DNA of 64,000 nucleotides from the human T2T-CHM13v2.0 reference genome, Homo sapiens. The DNA lies in the NCBI RefSeq assembly GCF_009914755.1, contig NC_060932.1, one strand, 5' to 3'. Under the pieces are notes generated by a model that worked only from the letters and a program-made list of their open reading frames with translations, was not told the origin of the DNA and did not search any database. Both the position numbers and the translations under genes were made by a program. Shown piece by piece: positions 26,310 to 41,825 of the stretch; positions within the stretch are counted from its first letter, which is position 1, and every line of letters begins with the position of its first letter.

Positions 26310-29300
26310 TATATCTTGTATCCTTTTTAAAATTATTTCTTTGAGTTGGTATTCACCTTTCTCTGGTGCCTCCCTGAGTATCTTAATAATTGACCTTCTG
26401 AATCATTTTTCTGGCAATTTGGAGATTTTTTTCTTGGCTTGGATCCAAGCCAAATGTGATTTCTTGGGGATGTTAAAGCACCTTGTTTAGTCATATTACC
26501 AGAATTGTTTTTCTGGTTCCTTCTCATTTGGGTAGACTATGTCCAAGGGAAGATCTCCAGTTCAAGGGGTGCTATTCAGATTCCTTTTGCCCACAGAGTG
26601 CTCCCTTGATGTGGTGCTCTCCCCATTCCCCTAGTGATGTGACTTTCTGAGAGCCAAACTGCAGTGATTGTTATTTCTCTCCTAGATCTAGTCACCCAGC
26701 AGAGCTACTGGGCTCTGGGCTAGTACTGGGGTGTGTCTGCAAAGAGTCCTGGGATGTGATTTCTCTTCAGGTCTCTCAGCCATGGATACCAGCACCTGCT
26801 CCAGTGGAGGCAGCAGGGGAGTGAAGTGGATTCTGTGGGGGTCCTTGGTTGTGTTTTTTTTTAATGTGTTGGTCTTATGTTGGTTGGCCTTCAGCCAGGA
26901 GGTGACTCTTTCAAGAGAGCATCAGTTGTGGTAGTATAGGGAGGATACAAGCTTGTCCTAGGGTTGTCTGGGTAAGTATTCAGGTTTCTCAGGCAGTGGG
27001 CAGGGCCATGAAGTTCCCAAGAGATTATGTCCTTTGTCTTTGGTTATCAGGGAGGGTAAAGAAAGACCATCAGATGGGGGCAGGATTAGGCATGTCTGAG
27101 CTCAGACTCTTCTTGGGCAAGCCTTGCTGTAGCTGCTGTTGGAGATGAGGTGTGTTTCTCAAGCCCATGGGAGTTATGTTCCTAGGGGAAATATGGCTGC
27201 CTCTGCTGCATCATCTAGGTCAATGGAAAATGGGGGAAAGCTGGCAGTGACAGGCCTCACTCAGCTTCCACACAGCCAGAAAGGCCAGTCTCATTCCCAC
27301 TGTGGCCTCCCAACAGCATTGAGTTTATTTCCAGGCAGCTAGTGAGCAGGGCTGAGAATAAGTCCCATGCTACAAGCCTCCCTGCTGAGAAAGCAGGTGG
27401 GGTTTTCAGGTTTCATGCCTCCCCACCTGCCACGGTTTTTGTGCTGGTATCTTTGCTCCATCCCCCAGATTCTGTCCAGGAAACTTCGTGTTCAGTCAGA
27501 ATTGTTACAGAGTTCGGCTGGAAGTTTCCTTCTCCCTGATGTCCTTCCTCAGCTCCACTGGCAGTCCTCCCCAAGGATCCCTGTGAGACAAAGTCAGAAA
27601 TGGCCTCCCTGGGGACTGAGAGTGCCCACAGCGTTCTTTCTGCTGCTTCCTTTACCCCTATATTTCACTCGGCTCTCTCAATTTGTCTCAGCTCCAGGTA
27701 AGATTAAATCCTCCCATGATCTGGACCATCAGTTTCCCCAGTAAGGATGTGTGTTCAGGGGCAGACTTTCCCCCTTTCACACTTCAGGCACTCACAGTTT
27801 TACAGCTGTCTCACAGTGGCAAGTTGTTACCTTCAAAGGGTCTGTGGATTCTCTTGGCTTTCCTGGTATGTTCCTGCGGTAGTTCTTGGAGTGAAAATTC
27901 ACAATGTGAGTGTCCACACACTGCTTTGTCTGTCCGAGTGGGAGCTGCAAGTTAGTCCTGCCTCCTATCTGCCATTTTCTGTCATCAGCAACTTTTAATT
28001 TTCAATACATTGCAGACCATACTTTAGCAAAATTCTATAAAAAGTAAATTAGTAGGAAAATATAATAAAAACAAAAGCTTATAAAATGTAAGACCCAAAT
28101 TTTATCGTCAGATTCAACAGAATTAATATTACTCTATAAAGTATGGGAAAAAGTCTCTGAATGATTACTCTTGATGTCTGTACTTGTGTCTTTGCAGATG
28201 AGTGAAAATCAGTTCTCAGACCAGCATTGGTCTATGAGCTACTGTTTCAATCCACTGGAGTTTCTTCATTGCCTGCAGACTTCAAAAGCAGGCTCCCTCT
28301 ACCCATTGTCCCCTGGTGCACTCCACCACTTCACCTTGAGCATCCTGAGGGCTGGCAGTATGTTTTTCTGGATAGCAACATGCTGACTAGTGCCTGAAGG
28401 CTCTCCATTTTCTCCCTTTCAATAAGAATTTACTTGTCAAACCCACAGTTAGGCTCTAATATTGGCCAAGCTGTCTTACCATCAGTCATTTGAACTTAGC
28501 CAAAGCCCATATATGCCTCATATGACAAAATAGTAAGGTAAGATTTTTTTTTTCTGGATTCTTCTCAATTTTCTTCTTACCTATTCTCACTTTCTTGATT
28601 TCTTGATGGAAAACTGATCCAGGGCTCTTTGCTGTATCATTGCTGTAAATTCTTATAGCTTTGAACCTTGGCTTTCCCCCAGTTTTAAGTTCTGTTGTTT
28701 ACTTAGTTTCTTTTGAGGAGATACTCTGTGTTCCACCTGAGCCCACACAACCGCAGTGCAGCAAGGATGCAAGTCACAGAATTTGCTGTCAGTGAATGCA
28801 CATTGCACCAGATTCAGGTCTCAGCCCTTTATTCTGTCCTGATATAAAACAGTGCCAAGGTAAGACAGCATCTTTGATCTTTACAATTGTTAGAAGATTA
28901 AATAAATGTCCTGCAATTGTAACAGATTCTAATTGGTGAATGCTACATAGTTTATTTCAATAATATAAACAAATAAAAATATCCTCTAATAATTCCAGTC
29001 TTTGAAAACAAACAAAACTACAAAGAATCCACAAATAGGTCCCCACTGATTACCAAATCCGGAATGTGAAAAGCTTTCGTTTATATAATACATCCAGGAA
29101 ATAGATAAATCATTTGTAGAGACACCCATCAATCAACTTAAAGAAGACCCAAACAAATTTTTTGTATGCACAGAGAACACCTGGGTGTATACTTACCTTT
29201 TATCATAGATCAAACCAATAAAACTTTGCAAGCATATCATGCCTTAGGTAGACACAATATTACAAAGCAAATATGGGTTGTGTGAGGGAGCTATGCAGGG

Positions 29301-30238
29301 TTGGCAATTCATTCCATGAGGAGATATCCAAAGACAATCTAACAAAAATTTCCTAATCAAGTGGATGATCAACCAAATTCTATATATATATATATTTTCA
29401 TTTCATTTGTCTGGGAAGCGTGATTGTCATGGAACCACTTAAGGGAAAATGAGTCATCTGCTTCATTTGGATGAAAGCAGGAACAATTTCTTTCATAAAT
29501 AGCATGAATACAATTTAATTCGGTTATCTTCTCTGCTTGGGAAAAGTGCCGGGGTTTCACATAGAAATAGGCATTTGATGTTTGTACATTTGTCATGTTT
29601 TCCTTGAGACTGTAAAAAAAAAGAGATGATGCCTCATGCCCTCTTGATTCTTTGGGCATATCTTTGATTCCGATGTGCTCTATAAACAGCAAAAAGGGGA
29701 ATAAGAGATAGGCCATAGAAAAAATGAAAAAAAAAAGGCTATATGTGAAACCTGGGGTAGTCCTAGACTAAATTTTCTCCTATTCTCAGACTTAAAAACC
29801 AGATTTGCCCTTTTGCATTTTTTTTTTTTTTGGTTTGTCTTAGCTCATCACTACATAACTAATACACAATTATCATCTCCAAAAAGACCCGAGTGGCATC
29901 TGCGAGTTCTGAGAACAGCGGTCTGTGCTTAATTGAAAAGTTCCTTTTGCAAATGCAAAAGTTGTGGAAATTTCGCCTATTGAGAGTCACTTGAAAGTAG
30001 TTTTAATGGACTATGCAATAGCTTATTTGACTTTGCTCTTTCATTTTAGCATAAAAGCATAAGTATTCCATTCAAATGTGGAAAATCTATTCAGGGCAAA
30101 AATACAGGCCTAGCATATCAGCTACAGCATTATTTAGGTTGTGGTCCATTTAAACTACATCGATGTGTCATCATTAATTGTTTCTGCCTGGAACTTTTAC
30201 ATATTATCTGTAGAATATATCTGATATCAGAAACTCAC

Positions 30239-30520
30239 TTTTTTTTTTTTTAAGATGGAGTCTCGCTCTGTCACCCAGTGGCGCGATCTCTGCTCACTGC
30301 AAGCTCCGCCTCCCAGGTTCACACCATTCTCCTGCCTCAGCCTCCCCAGCAGCTGGGAATATAGGCGCACGCCACCACGCCAGGCTAATTTTTTGTATTT
30401 TTAGTAGAGATGGGGTTTCACTGTGTTAGCCAGGATGGTCTCGATCTCCTGACCTGGTGATCCACCCACCTCAGCCTCCCAAAGTGCTGGGATTACAGGC
30501 GTGAGCCATCGCACCCAGCC
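30239..30520 (-). mobile_element. AluY (possibly Yk lineage) with a 12-bp deletion
   Basis: AluY diagnostics; variant CCTCCCCAGCAGCTGGG; TSD AGAAACTCAC at 30229 and 30521. Confidence 0.95.
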
Positions 30521-30859
30521 AGAAACTCACATTTTAATTTATTGTCTGGTGCATGTAATCACATTTAGAAAAACATTACCCTGTCCTACATCATATCAAT
30601 GTAGGATTTCCTTCTGGAGAAAATGTTTGTCTCATATTCATTATTCTGAACACTAGTAAGGGAGATCGGTAAAAATGAAAAGTAAAGTTTTGAATGTTCA
30701 AATAGTTTCTCAACAGAGGTGAAAAATAAATTTTACTATCATCTATTTTCATTTCACAGAAAAAATGTAGTACCAAACTGAAAGATTTAGGGTCTGGAAA
30801 CTACAGAACTCATTTTCCATCAAGAATTTTTGTGATCAGACCCCCACTGTCATTGTTGA

Positions 30860-31100
30860 AAGGCTGGAGTAGTCCAGCACATGGGAGGAGCATGGGCATT
30901 GGGATGGGACAAACCTGAGACTCCAGTTGCAGCAGCATTACCTACTGTCATGACACTGAGGCCCATTTTCCTGCTTTGTAAGAATGAAGATAATACCTTT
31001 CACTTCACAGAGTTATACAGGATCAACAAAGGAGGCCATGTACATAAGGTACCCAGCACAGTTCATTATATATTATGAACACTCAATCAATGCTCATTCA
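30860..31100 (+). mobile_element. MIR
   Basis: GGCCCATTTTCCTGCTTTGTAAGAATGAAGATAATACC..GTACATAAGGTACCCAGCACAG..ACTCAATCAATG. Confidence 0.7.
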
Positions 31101-31409
31101 TATCCTCTGTCTTCTTTCTCTTAGAACTGTGTGCATGCTAAATCATATCTGCTACTGCTCTGGGGCAATAGTACAGACCCCAGGACCATTTTGTGTGTCA
31201 ATACAAATAATGAGCAGGAAATGCAGGTTCTATGCCATATAAGCTACTAGTGACAACCACAGAAAATTTCTAAGTTGTCCATAGCACTGGCAACCCATCC
31301 AAATTTCCTTTATGGACCCTGGCTTCCCATGCACACACAGTATCCATTCCTTAAAAGTGTGTATTCCTCAAGTTCCTGTGCTTTGTTTGCTTTTCTTCTT
31401 GCTCTTATC

Positions 31410-31677
31410 TTGTCACTGATTTTTTCCACTCATAGACTTCTGTCATGACCTTGTGTTTATGATCTGAAGTCCATATGTTTGTCCCGGTTTTCCTGCTAAG
31501 TTCCAGACTCATATATCCAACGAATACCTGATATCTTCACCTGAGTGACCTCAAACTCAACATGACCAAAGCATCTGTGCTACCTCATTCTACTCAATCC
31601 CCTCCCCTACCTCCCTAAAAACATGTTCCTTATATTTTGTATACTTTATTCAATGGGTTTCTACCCAGTCATTCTCT
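31410..31677 (+). mobile_element. L2 fragment
   Basis: TTCCAGACTCATATATCCAAC..CCTGATATCTTCACCTGAGTG..CCTCAAACTCAACATGACCAAA. Confidence 0.7.
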
Positions 31678-31990
<313 letters not shown>

Positions 31991-32032
31991 TCTATCCAGT
32001 CATTCTCTAAACTTGAAATCTTTCACCTACCC

Positions 32033-32367
32033 TTTCTTTCTTTCTTTCTTACTTTCTTTCTTTCTTTTTTTTTTTTTTTTTTTTGAGATGGAGTCTCACT
32101 CTGTCACTCAGGCTGGAGTACAGCAGTGGGATCTCAGCTCACTGAAACTTCCACCTCCTGGGTTCAAGCAATCCTCCTGACTCAGTCGTTTGAGTAGCTG
32201 GGATTACAGGTGCCTGCCACCATGCCCGGCTAATATTTTTTGTATTTTTAGTAGATGGGGTTTCACCATGTTGGTCTGGCTGTTCTCAAACTCCTGACTT
32301 CAAGTGATCTGCCCATCTCGGCCTCCTAAAGTGCTGGGATTGCAAGCGTGAGCCACCTTGCCCAGCC
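32033..32367 (-). mobile_element. AluS (Sx/Sz-like) with (TTTC)n tail
   Basis: Full dimer; TSD TCACCTRCCC at 32023 and 32368. Confidence 0.95.
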
Positions 32368-32508
32368 TCACCTGCCCATTCAAATTGGTGAAATACACTT
32401 TGCCCTTTGTCCAACATTTGTATATTTACTACTTTATTCAGGTTTGGATTTTCCTTCCCTCCTGTCTTCTTCCCAGCTCACACATGCTCCCTACTTCTTA
32501 TCTGCTTC

Positions 32509-33130
32509 TGTATTAAATGTAAATCTTATCTGTCATCTTGGATTTCCTTAGCTAGCCTGCTTCATGGACTTAATGACACCACCAGAGGACAGTAAGTCAC
32601 TTGCCCTGAAAGTGCCAGGCCAGGCGCATGCCCTGAGTTTCCAGCTCCTTCCACAGTTTCTGAACTTGAGGGAATCACTGCACTGGAGGGCGTGGAATTA
32701 GCATCCAAGCCAGCCTCCAAAGGACTTGGATGACTCAAGCTGGAAGTGTGGGAGAGTTGGCTTTCCATGTGGCCAATTTTGCCCCAAAGAAAATCATAAG
32801 GGCTGAGATAAGCCTGAACAAAAGAATGCCCCTGATTCCTCCCTCCTATGGGCTGCTTTGAAGCAACTGTCCTTGACATGGAGAGTCCATAAGTGTCCCA
32901 CATACTGAGTGACAACCTTGCTGGGTCACCTTCTGTGTCATCTTGCAGCTCATCATGAAGCTGTAGCCAGCACAGTCATGGGTCACTTTTTATTGCTTTG
33001 CGTCTTTCTTTGAACCCCCTATGTTTTTTCCTCACTTTTGCTGCCCTGGGTTTGCACCTTGCAAAGGAAATGTCAGCATTTTAATCTTTGCCTCAAGCTC
33101 TCTTTTCTAGGAAGCCCAGGACTAAGAACA
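32509..33130 (+). mobile_element. ERVL solo LTR (LTR16/LTR40/MER74 group)
   Basis: Starts TGTATT; ends CTTTGCCTCAAGCTCTCTTTTCTAGGAAGCCCAGGACTAAGAACA, typical of this ERVL LTR group. Confidence 0.6.
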
Positions 33131-33270
33131 ATTCTAAAAAGGATTGAATGCAACGTTAAATAAAATCCTCTTTACAATAACATAAAATCCTTGGCTCATT
33201 TACCTTTTTCTTTTTCAAGTATGAAGGGAAAATAAAAAATAAATAGTTATTAGTTTAAAAGCTTGTCAGA

Positions 33271-34735
33271 AGAATGTATATTCTGTTGATTTGGGGTGGA
33301 GAGTTCTGTAGATGTCTATTAGGTCTGCTTGGTGCAGAGCTGAGTTCAATTCCTGGATATCCTTGTTAACTTTCTGTCTCGTTGATCTGTCTAATGTTGA
33401 CAGTGGGGTGTTAAAGTCTCCCATTATTATTGTGTGGGAGTCTAAGTCTCTTTGTAAGTCTCCAAGCACTTGTTTTATGAATCTGGGTGCTCCTGTACTG
33501 GGTGCATATATATTTAGGATAGTTAGCTCTTCTTGTTGAATTGCTCCCTTTACCATTATGTAATGGCCTTGTTTGTCTCTTTTGATCTTTGTTTGTTTAA
33601 AGACTGTTTTATCAGAGACTAGGATTGCAACCCGTGCTGTTTTATGTTTTCCATTTGCTTGGTAGATCTTCCTCCATCCCTTTATTTTGAGCCTATGTGT
33701 GTCTCTGCACGTGAGATGGGTTTCCTGAATACAGCACACTGATGGGTCTTGACTCTTTATCCAATTTGCCAGTCTGTGTCTTTTAATTGGAGCATTTAGC
33801 CCATTTACATTTAAGGTTAATATTGTTATGTGTGAGTTTGATCCTGTCATTATGATGTTAGACGGTTATTTTGCTCTTTAGTTGATGCAGTTTCTTCCCA
33901 GCATTGATGGTCTTTACATTTTGGCATGTTTTTGCAGTGGCTGGTACCAGTTGTTCCTTTCCATGTTTAGTGTTTCCTTCAGGAGCTCTTTTAGGGCAGG
34001 CCTGGTGGTGACAAAATCTCTCAGCATTTGCTTGTCTGTAAAGTATTTTATTTCTCCTTCACTTATGAAGCTTAGTTTGGCTGGATATGAAATTCTGGGT
34101 TGAAAATTCTTTTCTTTAAGAATGTTGAATATTGGCCCCCACTCTCTTCTGGCTTGTAGAGTTTCTGCTGAGAGATCCACTGTTAGTCTGATGGGCTTCC
34201 CTTTGTGAGTAACCCGACCTTTCTCTCTGGCTGCCCTTAAGATTTTTTACCTCATTTCAACTTTGGTGAATCTGACAATTATGTGTCTTGGAGTTGCTCT
34301 TCTCGAGAAGTGTCTTTGTGGCATTCTCCGTATTTCCTGAATTTGAATGTTGGCCTGACTTGCTATGTTAGGGAAGTTCTCCTGGATGATATCCTGCAGA
34401 GTGTTTTCCAACTTGGTTCTATTCTCCCCGTCACTGTCAAGTACACCAATCAGACATAGATTTGGTCTTTTCACATAATCCCATATTTCCTGGAGGCTTT
34501 CTTTGTTTCTTTTTACTCTTTTTTTCTCTAAACTTCTCTTCTCGCTTCATTTCATTCATTTGATCTTCAATCACTGATACCCTTTCTTCCAGTTGATCGA
34601 ATCGGATACTGAAACTTGTGCATTCATCAAGTAGTTCTCGTGCCATGGTTTTCAGCTCCATCAGGTCATTTAAGGACTTCTCTACACTGATTATTCTAGT
34701 TAGCTATTCGTCTAATCTTTTTTCAATGTTTTTAG
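33271..34735 (-). mobile_element. L1PA (about L1PA4) inverted segment: most of ORF1 plus the ORF2 endonuclease N-terminus
   Basis: ORF 33266-33850 MTGSNSHITILTLNVNGLNAPIKRHRL is the ORF2p start; ORF 33914-34180 is the ORF1p C-terminus. Confidence 0.96.
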
Positions 34736-35779
<1,044 letters not shown>

Positions 35780-36139
35780 AAAAGCTTGTTAGAGCAGAAC
35801 TACAGTAATTTTACAAAACTTGGTTTTAGGTTTTCTAATAGCCAGAGTGAAGAAGGACACATAATCATTCTCACTCATGAAGAAATAATTGGAAGTAAAT
35901 TTATCAAGAAAAAATATCTCAGCTATGACTAGACCCTGAGCTTTGAGAAGAATTTATCATGATGTCACAATGTGATATCGTGACATGGTGTGATGATGAT
36001 CTTTACACAAGGGTCTTAAAGTAAAGTAAAGGATCATATTCTTTATATTATATATTGTTAACAAAAAGTGTAAAAATACAGAGTACTTCCCATGTAGCTT
36101 TTTCTTGCACTAGAATTTAGGGAAAGGCAAAAGCAAGAT

Positions 36140-36299
36140 GTTGGAACGTTGGTTGCAACTTTGATGTACACAAGAAGTTTCTTAAAAATACACATTTCGG
36201 GGTCCCTCCAGACCTACCAATCAGTGCCCCAAGGCTAGGGCCTATGCAGGTATATTTTAGACAAGAAGAACCTAATGCACACCAAAGTTTGAACACTAG
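36140..36299. mobile_element. MER5A-like fragment
   Basis: AAAAATACACATTTCGGGGTCCCTCCAGACCTACC..CTAATGCACACCAAAGTTTGAACACT. Confidence 0.6.
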
Positions 36300-37702
36300 C
36301 AATTTCCAACAGTTTCACCTAAACGTAATACAGAAAGTTGTTGCAATTTTAGTAGCAGAGGCAGCTTCTAAGAGAGCATTCTAAACATCATCTTGGAATG
36401 CTGAAACGCTATGCAAGCAGACACAATCGTTTGGGTTTCAGGAAGCATAAAATATATATAAAGCTAAAATGAAATAGAAAATTATGGATCAGTTGAATAT
36501 TCTTTGAGCAAATATCTGTAAATGCCCTCTTTGGTTACAATGCCCTAGTTAAATAAACAGCATAGAGCATGAAATGCAGGCTGCTTAAAAGTTGAAGCAG
36601 GGTCCCTGCATCAAAGCTTACAATAAAATCCAGAAGAAGAACCACATAACAAAAGATGATAGCATTTTACGAAGGGCAAGATGATGTACAATAAACTGTG
36701 CCCACAGAAACAAACGGTTTACTGAATATGCTCTCTGCTGAGGCAGCCCAAGATACATGCAATGTTTTGCTTTTTCAAAATGAAAAATTTCCTCCCACAG
36801 ATAGTTTTGTTACAGACAATTGGTGTGAGATTGGAAATAAAATAAATAAGGCACACAGCACAGATCGGACCACTGGAATATTCTCTCAAATTCTACCACA
36901 CTCTCTACCTTTAGAAGGTGTGATGGAAACTAGCTGGATGTGTGAGTTGGACTCATCATTGCTTTCTGTACATTAATCTCTAGGCACCAGATTTCCACCA
37001 CTGGTGTGCATGTTTTAACAAGGTAACCAACCCTAGGAAGAGCACCATCTTAATATGACTTTTCAGACTCAATATTTAGAGGAACTTTAAAATATCAGTC
37101 CACTTATAACAACGAGAAAACAAATTCTTTGTCCTGGCATGACCAGGACAAAACAACACGAGGCAGCCTGTTCTTCTGTAATGGGGTGTCCCAGAGGACC
37201 CACTGGTATTTATCTTCCACATCCCTGCTCTACAGAACTAAATGCTCACAAACAATTCTGTCAGAGGGGCTGGGGAAACAGTGAGTATTAATAATACTCC
37301 TTGACACCAGATATATTTCATGGTTTCTAACTGATGCTGCAGATTTAAAAAATACAACGGTGGTTTCAATATCTTTTAAGAGGACGCAGTTTGTATTGAC
37401 AGAAAATCAGGTAGTATTTAGTACAAGGTTTTTAATCATCTTTTGATACCTTTAAATCCAAGCTACCAATTCATTTGTTTAATGTAAAAATTGAAACTAT
37501 GTAGTCATTTTTATACAGTATACTACAGTTTTTCTACCACTAGAAAAAAAAAAAAAAGAAATGACTGGTTTCCCAGGTCAGATCCATACAGAAGATGGAA
37601 AGTGGGAGCAGAGCAAGGGTCTGGCTCCCTCACGACAGCACTGCAGGCACCTGAAAAGCACAGTTTCCTGCCCAACCCTCTCCTTGCTCCTGCTCAAATG
37701 GC

Positions 37703-38170
37703 ATCTTGGTTTGGGTTTCCCCAGAAGCGATGGATTCAAGGAATCGAGTGCAAAAACTTTCTTCTAGAAGCAATTCCAGGAAACACTAATGGGGAGTGGG
37801 GAAATTAGACAGGTAAGTTTAAGTGTCTAGTGAAGGGTTTGCAGTCCATGAATAAAGCTGAATCATACTGGGAACTCTGGGAGCGAGTGTAAAGGAGTTA
37901 ATGTTTTGGAGTAGTCCCACCTGAGAGGTGAGGGAGTGGGTCAGTAACCAATTCCTGACGCATCATTGGTGATTGGTTGCTAGGAGAAGGGGCAGGACTA
38001 TTAATTCCCTGATGCTTTCAGCTGGCCACAGGGACATCAAAGTGGGCTCTAGTGACCAGAGAAAGCCCTCAGACAAAGAAACGTTGGTGGCCACAATGCT
38101 GAATTGAGTCCACGTGCACTAAAGGATTGTGGGTAGAAAATATGGGTGGAGCTCCAACAGGATCAGCCTC
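37703..38170 (-). mobile_element. LTR16-like ERVL solo LTR
   Basis: TCTTGGTTTGGGTTTCCCCAGAAGC..CAAGGAATCGAGTGCAA..CCAGGAAACAC..GGGGAGTGGGGAA..GAGAAAGCCCTCAG. Confidence 0.7.
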
Positions 38171-41100
38171 TTTTATGCCCATTCCAACTCTCTGCAGTCT
38201 GTCCAGCTCAGAAAGATGACTTGGAGATTTTTTTTTCATGTTTAAAAAATAATAATAAAGGCACAGATTCTTTGGATCTCTATACATGAGTAGGGCACAC
38301 TTGGTGCCTTCATCAGATATGCTGTGCTGGGGTGGGATTCACACTGGAATCAGAGATTGTCTTTAAGGCGGACACTAATGGGGAAACCGTTGAGTCCGGA
38401 TGGGAAATGCAGGAAAGGGCTCTGCACTGCACTGTTGGCAAGCAGGCAGAGAGCAGCGGCAGAACCTGATTCTCTGACACAGAACAGGGAGACAGGACAG
38501 GCATGCAGGGGCAAGGTCCAGGTAGGCAGGCACTGGAGAGCACCAGAGAGGGCAGCAGCATTTAGGGAAGAGCTCATGCCAGCCAGCAATTGTATTTCAT
38601 CATTTCTTAGCATCAGCTATGCACCATGACATTTAAATCAGAGGCTCTGAAGGTGATTCAGGCTTTTCGACAATCCCCTGAGTAAGGAAGTGTGACCTGG
38701 GAAGAGAGTGTGAAGGGACCCGTGCAGACCAGGCCCACCATAAAGAGCCAAAATGCATGCCCTTTAACTGTGGGTCAATAATGTCTTTTTCAGACTTAAA
38801 GCACAACCCATTATCAGTGGCCCAAGACACTTCAATTTAGTTTCTTTGAGTGAATCACTTATAACAAGGAAAATGCACAGTAGAAACATTCAGCTCCATA
38901 AATGCAAGGATCTCAGCCAAATAAAATCTTAGCATTTGCAGAGTGCTTGACATGAAAAATAAATCTAGATTTTTCTCACTAGCCGTGTAGGGTTCTCAGA
39001 GATCCTGAAATAGGAGAGTATCTCAGCTTACTTAGGAATGCAGCAGGTTATTGCTATAGGGTATGCGTACTGACCACCTTGTAAGAATTTTACCTCTGCC
39101 ACTGTGGATCCTGAAGAATCACAACAGAGGCTAACTATAATGTGAGAAATAAAAGTATGGGCATTTAGAACAACAGAGAGTTGATGCTGGAGCAAAGGTT
39201 GATGTGGGAAATGTCAGAAGACGCTTTCTTCCATCCTTCCCCAAAGCGCGGCAGGGCTAGTGACCTCAGGCCACAGGATAAGGACACAGTGAGATCATTT
39301 TTCCCCAGAGCTAGTGATCTGTTAACCTGATTAATATTACTTTTATTCCTCTGTAAAAGAACATTTTTGTAGCTGAGGATCATTCCTGAGGAATCCCATT
39401 TAATAGCAAACCAAATATTTTGTTCAAAGGGAAGAGAGACCATTGTCAGATTTTGAGATGCTCTCGATGTAAAAATTCGTCATATGTTATTATGACACAA
39501 ATTATCCAATTAACAATTCCTCACTCCCATCACTTGTTTTACAAATGTTATTATTAAGCTCTTGATCAGGTCATTTGGTTTCCTATTGCTGCTACTTGAG
39601 AAATTCCATAACAAATGGCCCTGGTAGGTTGTAATTCTGCAGTTACAGTGCTTAACACAACCTCTCTGAGAACTGGCTCAAAAATGTTGATGAAGATCTG
39701 TTTATATTTTAGTGGCATTCTCAGGCAAGCCTTGTTGTGGCTCAAGCTCCTTTCAAGTCTGTGCTTTACATTTATTTTTCAGCAGAAGCATTTGATTATA
39801 TATCCCCTACTGCTTATTCATTTCCAATGCATCTTAGGAAACTAGTAAAGTCTTGATGGACTTATTTATATTCTAATATTAGCAACATTTCTGTTCCACA
39901 AAATTGAGGCTTGAGTTGCTTTATTAGAGAAGTGGCATCCACTATTTCTGGTCTCTGCCCTTCTAGCCTAACAAGAGTGAGTACCATGAAGAACATGGGC
40001 TCAGTGGAGGCAGAACACTGTAGTTAAAATCTCAGCCCTACCAGCGAGGGAGTGGATCATCTCGGGAAAGTTACTTAGTGCCAGACACAGTGCTGATGCA
40101 AGTGAAACAGGCCAGCACACAACAGGGCCACCTGTCCAGGAAAACTCACCAGGTGGGCAGATGGGAAGATGTTGAAATACTTAGGTGAGACCAGAACTTA
40201 GACCACTGAGGGATGACTACAGATGCAAGAGTCTGAAGACAATCCCCAACTAGTACTCAAATCTGGAGGAAATGACTGAGAGTAGGATACAGTTCCATCA
40301 GCTGGTGCTAATGAGCCCAAAATGATCATGTCTGAGCAGCTGATAATTTGCAAAGATCCAGGGGTTCTGAAATTGGAACAGATAATAAGGGCAGGGCAAA
40401 GCTGAGAGATGGTAGAAATGTGGGAGCAGGCAAGGCTGGGAATTTCAAGCGCAAGGTTAGAGTTGAAGGAACAAGTAACAATACTGACATGATTTGATAT
40501 CATTAAGCTAACGGCACTGACTCCTGAGACCCTGCCTTGGGCATGCTTAGTATCACAATTTTTGGCTTTGAAGGTCGCTGGGAAATGGAGTGGGGAATCA
40601 GGAAAATATTGCACATTTCCTCTTTGGATTTTTCTCTTTGTGAAATGAATGACTTGGACCAGATCTGTGAGAGCCACTCAGGGTCTAAGATTTAATATTC
40701 TAGTGGTTCTTTGATACCATCTATGAATTGTTCAAGGCAAGTTAAATCACATTTAGAAAAAGCTTACCCACCTATGGTTTTCCTATTTCAGTTGTGGCAG
40801 AACTAACAGCAGTTATGGGGTGATGGAATTTATTAAAAAGGCACTATCAATATTGAGTCTTTCACTTAGTTTTAGTAAAAATAGGCATTCCATTTCAATT
40901 CACTATAAGAACATTTATTATATGCTTAATAGTAATAGTCAATTCCAAGTATTTTACATGTTTACATCACACATTCCCAATACATGAAAGCACAACGGAA
41001 AGTACAAGGGTATTTTTAATTGAAAAATGACCTGGTAATTCTTTTCACTAACCAATTACTATGGCTTATGTTTCATATGTTTAAATTATAAGATAAACAA

Positions 41101-41429
41101 AATAGCTTATTCCAGATATTTGGGGTTTATACTTTACTTGTATCTGCCCAAAGAGAACAGTAGAGAGCTTGAATATGTGTGGGTGGCTTGTGACTTAATG
41201 ATACAGGAAAAGACCCTTGCCCCAAATGCCTGCCTTCTCCAACACTTAAGGGGAGGCCCCTCTGAGGCCAGGATTTTGTATTTCCAAGAACCTGGCATAA
41301 CACAGAGTTACGGAGAAAAAAGAACACTGGCAGAATTAGCTCTGCCCTAAACCATGTTACCAACTGGGTGAAGTTGCACAAATCTCTTCCCTTTTCTGGG
41401 TTTTATGTTTCATTTGCTAAAGAGGGGAT

Positions 41430-41825
41430 TATCTTTGTTTGTTTGCACTGCTATCAAGGAATACCTGAGGCTAGGTAGTTTATAAAGAAAAGAGGTTTAT
41501 TTGGCTCATCATTCTGCAGGCTGTGCAAGAACCATGGCATCAGCATCTGCTCCTGGTGAGGCCTCAGGAAGCTTCCACTCATGGCGGAAGAGGAAGGGGA
41601 GCTGGTGTGTCACATGGTGACAGCAAGATGCCAGGCTCTTTTTAAGAATCAATTCTCACTGGAACTAACAAGAGCAAGACCTTACTCATTACCATGAAGA
41701 GAGTACATGTCATTCATGAGGGATCCACCCCCATGACCCAAACACCTCCCACCAGGTCCAACCTCCAACACTGGGGATCAAATTTCAACATGAGATTTGG
41801 AGGGAGAAATATCCAAAGTATATCA
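41430..41825 (-). mobile_element. MSTB-like MaLR solo LTR
   Basis: AAGGAATACCTGAGGCT..TTTATTTGGCTCA..CAACATGAGATTTGGAGGG..ATATCA; 5-bp TSD GGGAT/GGAAT. Confidence 0.9.

Noticed and set aside
35958-35990. ATGTCAC..GTGACAT inverted repeat
   Set aside because: Only 7 perfectly paired bases; expected by chance in 64 kb
40198-40677. 159-aa minus-strand ORF
   Set aside because: Non-ATG start, no recognisable motif, and composition typical of a chance ORF
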